Positions 18,256-25,587 of a DNA stretch of 53,914 nt are shown in pieces. Origin of the DNA: Betaproteobacteria bacterium RBG_16_66_20 (lineage in GTDB: Bacteria; Pseudomonadota; Gammaproteobacteria; Burkholderiales; SG8-39); contig MEQQ01000084.1 of NCBI GenBank assembly GCA_001770285.1, positions 1-53,914 on the forward strand. Direction: 5' to 3'. The notes beneath the pieces are model-generated. The model searched no databases. It saw nothing but the letters and a program-made list of their open reading frames with translations, and was not told the DNA's origin. Position 1 is the first letter of the stretch; each line of letters starts with the position of its first letter. A program made the position numbers and the translations under genes.

Positions 18256-19751
18256 CTCGGGAAGTAACGCTCGAAGAAATAGCAGCGCCCGATCGGTAGC
18301 TGCGCCGGAATCCGGTAATAGCGCTCGCGGACGTCCACCAGCACGCGCGCGCGATAGGCCGCGTAATCAAAGCTGCGGCCGAGGACCGCGTAATAGACCC
18401 CGCCGCCGAGTGGTATCTTTTTTATCTCGATATCGCGGAAGTACGGCTGATAGTCCTGCGGCAGCGGCGGCTCGCGCTTGAGCACCAGAAGATCCCTGCC
18501 GGCGTAAGCGCGCCAGTCGGTGTCGATATCGTCCTGCCGCGCATGCGCGGTTCCGCTGCCGAAGACCGGCACCGGGCGCCGCGCGTGATAGGCGAGCAGC
18601 GCAGCCGACGCATAGCTGTCCGCAGCGAGCAGCCTGCCAGGGAGGTCCGGCGCAATCGCGCCGGTCAATTCCGCGATCCGGCCGGGAAACACGAGCCGCG
18701 GATAAAGGCGCGACGCTTTCCAGGTCTCCAGCGGAAGCACCATGACGACGGCGATCGCGATCATGTGCAGCGCGGCCAGCACGCCGAGAAAGCGCACGCT
18801 GAGCGCGAGCTGCCGGCGCTCGAGCGCGAGCGCCACGCTGAGTACCAGCGCCGGCAGGAACGAAAGCAGCCAGTGCAGGCCGATCCGCTTGACCGGGCTG
18901 AGCGCGGCGAACACGACAAGCGGCACCAGCCATGCGAGCAGCAGCGCGCGCTCGCCGGGCCGCCGCCAGGCCTCGCGCAACCGCGCCCGTCCACGCCACG
19001 CGAACCAGAGCAGCGGCGCGGCGAGATAGGCGAGCGAAGCGGCATACAGCGTGGGCGTCGCCGCCGACCAGCCGCTGGCGCCATCCTCGTGCCGATTGAT
19101 GGCGTTGAACATGACGTTGCACCAGCAGGCGTTTACGTTCCAGTACAGATTCAGCAGGCCGAACGGCAAGCCGCCGAGGAACACGAACAGAAACGCCTTC
19201 GGACGCCCCGAGACGATCGCCCAGGCGAGGTACGCCAGGCCGAGCAGGACGGCAAAATACTTGGAGAGGAATGCCAGGCCCAAAAGCACTCCGGATACGT
19301 AAAACCATCGATTGGAATCGCGTTCCGCCGCGCGCGCGAACACCAGCATGGAAGCTACGGAGAAAAAACCTAGCGGCGTGTCGGTGGTGACGAGCACGTT
19401 CCAGACATTCATCGGCACCAGCAGCACGGCGAGCGCCGCCAGACTGGCAGTGTCCTCGTCGCGACCGAACCAGCCGCGCAATGCAGCCCGGACCGCGAGC
19501 GCAGCGAGCGGCGGCACCAGCACCGCCGGCAGCCGCAGGAGCCACGGCGCATCCGAAAGCGCGGCAAGCGGCGCCAGCATCCAGCCCACCATCGGCGGAT
19601 GGTCGTAGAAGCCGAGCGCGGGCGCGCGGCCCCAGAGGATGAAGTAAGCCTCGTCGGCGGTCACCGGCGCGACCGCCGAGAGCCAGACACGGAACGCGAG
19701 CGTCGTGGCGAGCGCAACGAGCAGCCACTGCCTGGAGGAGAGCGCGATCAA
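18252..19751 (-). CDS. GT-C family glycosyltransferase (family 39, ArnT/PMT-like)
   Basis: The 499-aa polytopic product has ADEAYFILWGRAPALGFYDHPPMVGW near the N-terminus (the DE motif plus first periplasmic loop typical of ArnT/PMT_2). It starts with TTG at 19751, overlaps the upstream stop as TTGA, and overlaps the UbiA gene with ATGA. Confidence 0.8.
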   Translation of the reverse strand: MIALSSRQWLLVALATTLAFRVWLSAVAPVTADEAYFILWGRAPALGFYDHPPMVGWMLAPLAALSDAPWLLRLPAVLVPPLAALAVRAALRGWFGRDEDTASLAALAVLLVPMNVWNVLVTTDTPLGFFSVASMLVFARAAERDSNRWFYVSGVLLGLAFLSKYFAVLLGLAYLAWAIVSGRPKAFLFVFLGGLPFGLLNLYWNVNACWCNVMFNAINRHEDGASGWSAATPTLYAASLAYLAAPLLWFAWRGRARLREAWRRPGERALLLAWLVPLVVFAALSPVKRIGLHWLLSFLPALVLSVALALERRQLALSVRFLGVLAALHMIAIAVVMVLPLETWKASRLYPRLVFPGRIAELTGAIAPDLPGRLLAADSYASAALLAYHARRPVPVFGSGTAHARQDDIDTDWRAYAGRDLLVLKREPPLPQDYQPYFRDIEIKKIPLGGGVYYAVLGRSFDYAAYRARVLVDVRERYYRIPAQLPIGRCYFFERYFPR

Positions 19752-20455
19752 AGGGTCGGCAGGGAGCGGGCGAGGAGCAGCAGGCCGGCGAGCACCAATA
19801 CAGCGTACACCGCTTTGACGACCGCGATTGCCGGCACCGCGGCGTGCAGGCGGTTTCCGAGCCAGACCCCGCCGATGAGCGCCGGCAGCAGCACGAGCGC
19901 GGAAACCAACAGCCCCTCCTGCGCCAGCAGCCCTGCAGCACCGAACAGCAGCAACCGAACCATCGACGAGATCATGATCATCGCTGCATTGGTCGCGCGC
20001 AGAGCGTCCTTGTCGCGAACGCGGCCGGCGTTATAGATCGCGAACAGCACGCCGCCGGTGCCGAAGAGCGACGACAGCGCGCCCCCCGCGAGCCCGATCG
20101 GGGCGCACCAGACGCGGGACAGCGGGACCGCAACGCCGCGCCGCGTCAGGCCGTAGCCGGCGTAGAGCAACAGGAACACGCCCAGCACCACCAGCAGCTT
20201 TTGCTCGGCGACCCGGATCAGCAGCGTCAGGCCCGCGGCCATGCCCGCCAGCACGAACGGAATCAGCCAGGCGATCTCAGCGTAGTGGATCCGCTTGCGG
20301 AGGCGCGCACCGAAGATCACGAACGCGGTGAAATCCAGCAGCAGCAGCAGCGGGACCGCGAACTTGAGCGAAAAAAGGTGCGCCAGAACAGGCAGCGCGA
20401 TCACCGTGGAGCCGAAGCCGGTCAGCCCGAATACCGTGTAGGCGACGGCGACCAC
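19748..20455 (-). CDS. TauE/SafE (DUF81) family anion exporter-like membrane protein; start uncertain
   Basis: The C-terminal part of track ORF 19748..20791 reads ...TVFGLTGFGSTVIALPVL...GLAGGALSSLFGTGGVLF, the duplicated DUF81 motifs. The first ATG/GTG/TTG downstream of the aroG stop is the GTG at 20455. The upstream part of the ORF overlaps aroG. Confidence 0.7.
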   Translation of the reverse strand: MVAVAYTVFGLTGFGSTVIALPVLAHLFSLKFAVPLLLLLDFTAFVIFGARLRKRIHYAEIAWLIPFVLAGMAAGLTLLIRVAEQKLLVVLGVFLLLYAGYGLTRRGVAVPLSRVWCAPIGLAGGALSSLFGTGGVLFAIYNAGRVRDKDALRATNAAMIMISSMVRLLLFGAAGLLAQEGLLVSALVLLPALIGGVWLGNRLHAAVPAIAVVKAVYAVLVLAGLLLLARSLPTL

Positions 20456-20502
20456 CAGCGCCGCCAGAATCAGGACCTCCGGCGCGTACGGCAGGGAAAA
20501 GC

Positions 20503-21615
20503 TCAGTGCTTGCCTTTCTTTCGGCGCGCTTTGACCGCGGCGGCGAGCGTGTCGAGCAGCTCGACCGAGTCGTTCCAGCCAATGCAGGGGTCGGTGATGC
20601 TCTGGCCGAAGGTCAGCGGCTTGCCCGCAACGAGATCCTGCTTGCCCTCCACCAGGTGCGATTCCACCATCGCGCCGACGATGCAGCGCGAGCCGCCGGC
20701 GATCTGGCCGCCGACGTCGCGCGCCACATCCATCTGGCGCTTGTACTGCTTGGCGCAATTGGCGTGCGAGAAGTCGATCATCAGGCGGCAATCGAGCTTC
20801 GCTTTCGCCAGCTCACCGCAGGCCGCCCTGACGCTGGCCGCATCGTAATTCGGAGTCCTGCCGCCGCGCAGGATGATGTGGCAGTCCTCGTTGCCGCGCG
20901 TTTCGACGATCGAGACCTGGCCGCTCTTGTGCACCGAGAGGAAGTGGTGCTTCTGGCGCGCGGCGAGGATCGCGTCCACGGCGATGCGCACGTTGCCGTC
21001 GGTGCCGTTCTTGAACCCGACCGGCGCCGACAGGCCCGAAGACAGCTCGCGGTGCACCTGCGACTCGGTAGTGCGTGCGCCGATCGCCCCCCAGGACACC
21101 AGGTCGCCGATGTACTGCGGCGAGATCACGTCGAGAAACTCGCAGCCGGCAGGCACGCCGGCCTTGTTGATGCGCAGCAGCAGATCGCGCGCGATGCGCA
21201 GGCCTTCATTGATGCGGAAGCTGCCGTTCAGATAGGGATCGTTGATCAGGCCCTTCCAGCCCACCGTGGTGCGCGGTTTCTCGAAATACACGCGCATCAC
21301 CACTTCGAGTTCGCTTTCATGTTTTTTTCGTTCCAGCGACAGCTTTTCCGCATACGCGACCGCGGCAGCCGGGTCGTGGATCGAGCAGGGTCCGATGATC
21401 ACCAGCAGCCGGTCTGACTTGCCGTGCACGATCTCGCGCAGGCGGCGGCGCGTGTGCGCGATCAACTTCTCCACCGGCGTGCCCTGAATCGGGAAAAAAC
21501 GGATCAGGTGCTCCGGCGGCGGCAGCGGGACGATGTTCTCGATGCGCTCGTCGTCGGTGAGCGAGGTCTTGTCGGCGGGTACGGGGCCAAGGAAGGAGTC
21601 GGTGGGCGTGGTCAT
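20503..21615 (-). CDS. aroG: 3-deoxy-7-phosphoheptulonate (DAHP) synthase, class I
   Basis: The 370-aa product has LLVIIGPCSIHD, KPRTTVGWKGLINDP, GCEFLD and IGARTTESQVHRE, the class I alpha DAHP synthase signatures. The isozyme specificity is not determinable from sequence alone. Confidence 0.92.
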   Translation of the reverse strand: MTTPTDSFLGPVPADKTSLTDDERIENIVPLPPPEHLIRFFPIQGTPVEKLIAHTRRRLREIVHGKSDRLLVIIGPCSIHDPAAAVAYAEKLSLERKKHESELEVVMRVYFEKPRTTVGWKGLINDPYLNGSFRINEGLRIARDLLLRINKAGVPAGCEFLDVISPQYIGDLVSWGAIGARTTESQVHRELSSGLSAPVGFKNGTDGNVRIAVDAILAARQKHHFLSVHKSGQVSIVETRGNEDCHIILRGGRTPNYDAASVRAACGELAKAKLDCRLMIDFSHANCAKQYKRQMDVARDVGGQIAGGSRCIVGAMVESHLVEGKQDLVAGKPLTFGQSITDPCIGWNDSVELLDTLAAAVKARRKKGKH

Positions 21616-21631
21616 GATGTGGCCTCAGGTC

Positions 21632-21668
21632 AAAAAAAAACCGCCAGGCATTTCTGCTCTGGCGGTTT
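21632..21668 (-). terminator. Rho-independent terminator/attenuator in the DAHP synthase 5' leader
   Basis: The minus-strand RNA reads AAACCGCCAG-AGCAGAAAUGC-CUGGCGGUUUUUUUUU, an 8-10 bp stem with an 11-nt loop and a U9 tract. It ends 16 nt before the aroG ATG, just upstream of its GAGG Shine-Dalgarno. Confidence 0.7.
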
Positions 21669-21690
21669 GTCGGTTGCGCTGGTTGCGCGG

Positions 21691-21756
21691 CTAGCCGTTC
21701 CCCTCCGCCAGAGGGCGCGGAAAGTAGAAAAAATAGCCGAAGAACCGGCGGCTCAT
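21691..21756 (-). CDS. Phe/Tyr-rich leader peptide (21 aa) of the DAHP synthase attenuator
   Basis: My own translation: ATG AGC CGC CGG TTC TTC GGC TAT TTT TTC TAC TTT CCG CGC CCT CTG GCG GAG GGG AAC GGC TAG = MSRRFFGYFFYFPRPLAEGNG*. It is not in the ORF track because it is too short. The coding region contains CUCUGGCGG, which is complementary to the 5' arm of the downstream terminator. Confidence 0.65.
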   Translation of the reverse strand: MSRRFFGYFFYFPRPLAEGNG

Positions 21757-21942
21757 GCCGCCATTCAATCACGAACCCCCGGGGCAGGGCAAATTGCCCT
21801 CAATTTGGCGCTCATGGTCCGTCGAATCTGCACCATTGGCACTCGGGCAGGCGCACTGCCAAGTCCCAAATTTGCTAGAGGCAGAGGGTCATGCTACGGT
21901 TTTCCCACAGTCGGCCGATTAGAAGAACATAAGGAGGTCGAA

Positions 21943-22932
21943 ATGGCGGCACGTGCATCGCTTCCTGTCCCCTCGGCATCGATCCCGGTCGCGGGGTTCA
22001 AAGATGTCTACGAAGTCACGGCGGTCGAAAAAGCCCTGCAGGAACTTCCGCAATCCGCCAGCGAGGCGTTGCGTTCGCTCTACGAAAAAATGCTGCGCGT
22101 CGGCGGCCAGCGCTTTGCGGTCAAGCCCTCCGGGCTGCCGCAGATGCAGGCGCTGTTCGAGGAGCTGCCCAATTTTGGCGAGGTCCTGGAGTACATCCGG
22201 CGGCAACTCGCGCTGTGCGTGGACTCGAACGATGACATCGAAATCCCGCCGATCCTGCTGCTGGGCGACCCCGGCATCGGCAAGACGCACTTCGCGCGCC
22301 GCGTCTCGCAGCTGCTCGGCACGGGCTACGGCTTCGTGCCGATGAGTTCGCTCACCGCCGGCTGGGTCCTGTCGGGCGCTTCGTCGCAATGGAAGAACGC
22401 CAAGCCCGGCAAGGTGTTCGAGACCTTCCTCAACGGCGAGTACGCCAATCCGGTGCTGGTGGTGGATGAGCTCGACAAGGCGAGCGCGGACGGCCAGTAC
22501 GATCCGCTGGGCGCGCTCTACGAGCTGCTCGAGACGCAGACCGCGATGCATTTCGTCGACGAGTTCGCGGAAATTCCGATCAATGCCTCGGGCGCGGTGT
22601 GGTTTGCGACCGCGAATGATGCCGCGCGCATCCCGGAGCCGCTGCTCAACCGGATGAACGTCTACGAAATCGAACCGCCCGACGCCGCGGGCTCGGCGCG
22701 CATCGCGCGATCGCTGTACCGGGAAATCCGCGAATCGCACGACTGGGGCAAGCACTTTCCGGAGGCCCCTTCGGGCAGTGTGGTGGAAAAGCTCGCCTTG
22801 CTCACGCCACGCGAGATGCGGCGCGCGGTACAGGCCGCATTCGGCAACGCCAAGGTGGCCGGACGCGAAGCGCTGCAGCCCGAGGACGTGGATGTCCAGC
22901 GGGGCGGCCGGAAATCCAGAATCGGCTTCTAG
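21943..22932 (+). CDS. Lon-like AAA+ ATPase module without a protease domain
   Basis: The start is moved to the ATG at 21943, preceded by AAGGAGG with a 5-nt spacer. Walker A is [12 protein letters not shown] and Walker B is VLVVDELDK. ...[24 protein letters not shown] parallels the Lon ATPase domain (IATAN...PLLDRMEVI). The product is 329 aa, with no Lon N-domain and no Ser-Lys protease domain. Confidence 0.8.
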   Translation: MAARASLPVPSASIPVAGFKDVYEVTAVEKALQELPQSASEALRSLYEKMLRVGGQRFAVKPSGLPQMQALFEELPNFGEVLEYIRRQLALCVDSNDDIEIPPILLLGDPGIGKTHFARRVSQLLGTGYGFVPMSSLTAGWVLSGASSQWKNAKPGKVFETFLNGEYANPVLVVDELDKASADGQYDPLGALYELLETQTAMHFVDEFAEIPINASGAVWFATANDAARIPEPLLNRMNVYEIEPPDAAGSARIARSLYREIRESHDWGKHFPEAPSGSVVEKLALLTPREMRRAVQAAFGNAKVAGREALQPEDVDVQRGGRKSRIGF

Positions 22933-25553
22933 AGGCGCTGCGCGACCCAGGCCTGCACTGAATCGAGCGCGGCCGGCAGATTTGCCGGTTCCGTGCCGCC
23001 CGCCTGCGCCATGTCGGGGCGCCCGCCGCCCTTGCCGCCGATCTGCTGCGCGACGTAATTCACCAGCTCGCCCGCCTTGACCCTGCCGGTAAGGTCCGCC
23101 GTGACGCCCGCGACCAGGGTCACCTTGCCGTCGCTCACGGTGCCGAGCACGATCGCCGCGCTCTTCAGCTTGTCCTTCAGCTTGTCCATGGTCTCGCGCA
23201 ACGTCTTCGCGTCCGCGCCTTCGAGCGCGACCGCGAGCACCTTGGCGCCTTTCACGTCGACGGCCTGTTCCGCCAGGTCCTCGCCCTGGCTGGAGGCGAT
23301 TTTCGACTTCAGCCTCGAAAGTTCCCGCTCCAGAGACTTGTTCATTTCCTGCAGCGATGAAAACTTCTTCTTCAGGTTCGCGACATCGACGCCCTGGAGT
23401 CCGGCATCAAAGGCGAGTTCGGAAACGTCCTCCTCCAGCCGCTGAACCCAGGCCAGTGCGCCCTCGCCGGTCACCGCCTCGACGCGCCGCACGCCGGCCG
23501 CGACGCCGGACTCGGAGACGATCTTGAAGAAACCGACGTCGCCGGTCCGCCGCACGTGCGTACCGCCGCAAAGTTCCGTGGAGAAATCGCCCATGCTCAG
23601 AACTCTGACCTCGTCGCCATACTTGTCGCCGAAGAATGCAAGCGCGCCCGCCTTGATGGCGTCGTCGTATTTCATGATGCGCGCGCGCACTTCCTCGTTG
23701 CGCTGGATTTCGTCGTTAACCAGCGCCTCGATACGGCGGAGCTCGTCCGCGGCCAGCGGTTTGTTGTGGGAGAAATCGAAGCGCGTCCGATGCTCGTCGA
23801 CGAGCGAGCCCTTCTGCTGCACGTGAGGGCCCAGCACCTTGCGCAGCGCCGCATGCATCAGGTGCGTGGCGGAGTGGTTCCACATCGCGCGTCGGCGCAT
23901 TGCCGTGTCCACCTGTGCGCCGACTTCTTCGCCGACTTTCAGCCGCCCGGTCGATTGCCTGCCATGATGGCCGAAGACCTCGGCCTGGATTTTTTGGGTG
24001 TCCTCGACGGTGAACGTGCCGGCGGGGCCGATCATCTCGCCGCGGTCGCCGACCTGGCCGCCGGATTCCGCGTAAAACGGTGTCCTGTCGAGCACCACGA
24101 CGCCGCTTTCCCCCGCATTCAGTTCCGAGGTTTGCGCGCCTTCGCGATAGATCGCGACCACGCGACCCCGCTCCGACAACGTTTCATAGCCACGGAACTC
24201 GGTCTTGGCGCCCGAGTAGTGGAGCCCGGCGCTCGAGGTGAACCGGCTCGCGGCGCGCGCGCGCTCGCGCTGCTGCGCCATTGCGGCCTCGAAGCCGGCC
24301 AGATCCAGGCTCACGCCGCGCTCTCGGCAGATGTCGGCGGTGAGATCGACCGGGAAACCGAACGTGTCATAGAGCTTGAATACCGTCTCGCCGTCGAGCA
24401 GCTTCTCGCCCGAGGCAAGCGCCCCCTCGAGCACGCCCATGCCGTGATCCAGGGTCTCGGCAAAGCGCTCCTCTTCCTGCATCAGGACCCCGGCAATCCT
24501 GTCCGCGGCCGCCCTTAGCTCCGGATACGCGTCGCCCATGGCCTGGTCCAGATCGGCGACCAGGCGGTGGAAGAAAGGCTGCTTCTGGCCGAGCTTGTAG
24601 CCATGGCGGATGGCACGGCGCACGACGCGGCGCAGCACGTAGCCGCGGCCTTCGTTGCCCGGAATCACTCCGTCGACAATCAGAAAGCTGCACGCCCGGA
24701 TGTGGTCGGCGATCACGTTGAGCGAAGGATTCTTCGATACCTTCTGGCGCGTTTCGCGCGCAGCCGCCCTGATCAGGTACTGGAACAGATCGATCTCGTA
24801 GTTGGAGTGCTCGTGCTGCAGCACCGCGGCGATGCGCTCGAGGCCCATGCCCGTGTCCACGCAGGGCTTGGGCAAAGGCGTCATCACGCCCTTGTCATCC
24901 CGGTTGTATTGCATGAAGACGAGGTTCCAGATCTCGATGTAGCGGTCGCCGTCCGCGTCCGGCGATCCGGGCGGCCCGCCGGCTATCCCCGCTCCATGGT
25001 CGTAAAAAATCTCGCTGCAGGGGCCACAGGGTCCGGTGTCGGCCATCTGCCAGAAGTTGTCCGACTGGAATTTCGCGCCGCCGGGCTTGTCGCCGACGCG
25101 GATGCAGCGCTCCTTGGGCACGCCGATGGTCTTGGTCCACAGGTCGTAGGCCTCGTCGTCGGTCTCGTACACCGTGGTCCAGAGCCGCTCAGGCGGCAGC
25201 TTGTAGACCTTGGTGAGCAGTTCCCAGGCGAACCGGATCGCGTCCTTCTTGAAGTAGTCGCCGAAGCTGAAATTGCCCAGCATTTCGAAGAAGGTATGGT
25301 GGCGCGCGGTGTAGCCGACGTTCTCCAGGTCGTTGTGCTTGCCGCCCGCGCGCACGCAACGCTGCGAGGTCGTGGCGCGCACGTAGGCGCGCTTCTCCTT
25401 GCCGAGAAAAGTGTCCTTGAACTGCACCATCCCCGAATTGACGAACAGCAGCGTCGGGTCGTTCGCCGGCACCAGCGAACTGGAGGCGACGATGGTGTGG
25501 CCCTTGGACCTGAAATACTCGAGGAAGCTGGAGCGGATCTCTGCGGATTTCAT
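22929..25553 (-). CDS. alaS: Alanine--tRNA ligase
   Basis: The 874-aa product reads [29 protein letters not shown]...FTNSGM-type motifs, with [10 protein letters not shown] (editing-domain HxxxH) and a C-terminal [13 protein letters not shown]. Confidence 0.97.
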   Translation of the reverse strand: MKSAEIRSSFLEYFRSKGHTIVASSSLVPANDPTLLFVNSGMVQFKDTFLGKEKRAYVRATTSQRCVRAGGKHNDLENVGYTARHHTFFEMLGNFSFGDYFKKDAIRFAWELLTKVYKLPPERLWTTVYETDDEAYDLWTKTIGVPKERCIRVGDKPGGAKFQSDNFWQMADTGPCGPCSEIFYDHGAGIAGGPPGSPDADGDRYIEIWNLVFMQYNRDDKGVMTPLPKPCVDTGMGLERIAAVLQHEHSNYEIDLFQYLIRAAARETRQKVSKNPSLNVIADHIRACSFLIVDGVIPGNEGRGYVLRRVVRRAIRHGYKLGQKQPFFHRLVADLDQAMGDAYPELRAAADRIAGVLMQEEERFAETLDHGMGVLEGALASGEKLLDGETVFKLYDTFGFPVDLTADICRERGVSLDLAGFEAAMAQQRERARAASRFTSSAGLHYSGAKTEFRGYETLSERGRVVAIYREGAQTSELNAGESGVVVLDRTPFYAESGGQVGDRGEMIGPAGTFTVEDTQKIQAEVFGHHGRQSTGRLKVGEEVGAQVDTAMRRRAMWNHSATHLMHAALRKVLGPHVQQKGSLVDEHRTRFDFSHNKPLAADELRRIEALVNDEIQRNEEVRARIMKYDDAIKAGALAFFGDKYGDEVRVLSMGDFSTELCGGTHVRRTGDVGFFKIVSESGVAAGVRRVEAVTGEGALAWVQRLEEDVSELAFDAGLQGVDVANLKKKFSSLQEMNKSLERELSRLKSKIASSQGEDLAEQAVDVKGAKVLAVALEGADAKTLRETMDKLKDKLKSAAIVLGTVSDGKVTLVAGVTADLTGRVKAGELVNYVAQQIGGKGGGRPDMAQAGGTEPANLPAALDSVQAWVAQRL

Positions 25554-25567
25554 CGTGACGACATTCT

Positions 25568-25583
25568 AAGGCACGCGTGCCTT
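25568..25583. promoter_or_regulatory. Perfect 16-bp palindrome AAGGCACGCGTGCCTT between the TPR gene stop and the alaS start
   Basis: Read directly from the sequence. It lies 15 nt upstream of the alaS ATG (25553) and 4 nt after the upstream gene's stop (25588). No U tract follows on the minus strand. Confidence 0.3.
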
Positions 25584-25587
25584 CCTT

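Noticed and set aside
21837-21851. Sigma-54 promoter (TGGCAC at 21837-21842) upstream of the AAA gene
   Set aside because: The -12 element is missing: after the 5-nt spacer the sequence is CAGG, not TTGC(A/T).
21424-22932. 502-aa version of the AAA ATPase ORF, and the 151-aa ORF 21317..21772(-)
   Set aside because: The long AAA form would start inside aroG on the opposite strand and cross the attenuator. The strong AAGGAGG-ATG at 21943 is the credible start. The 151-aa minus ORF overlaps the aroG 5' end out of frame. The leader peptide I report is a different, shorter frame.
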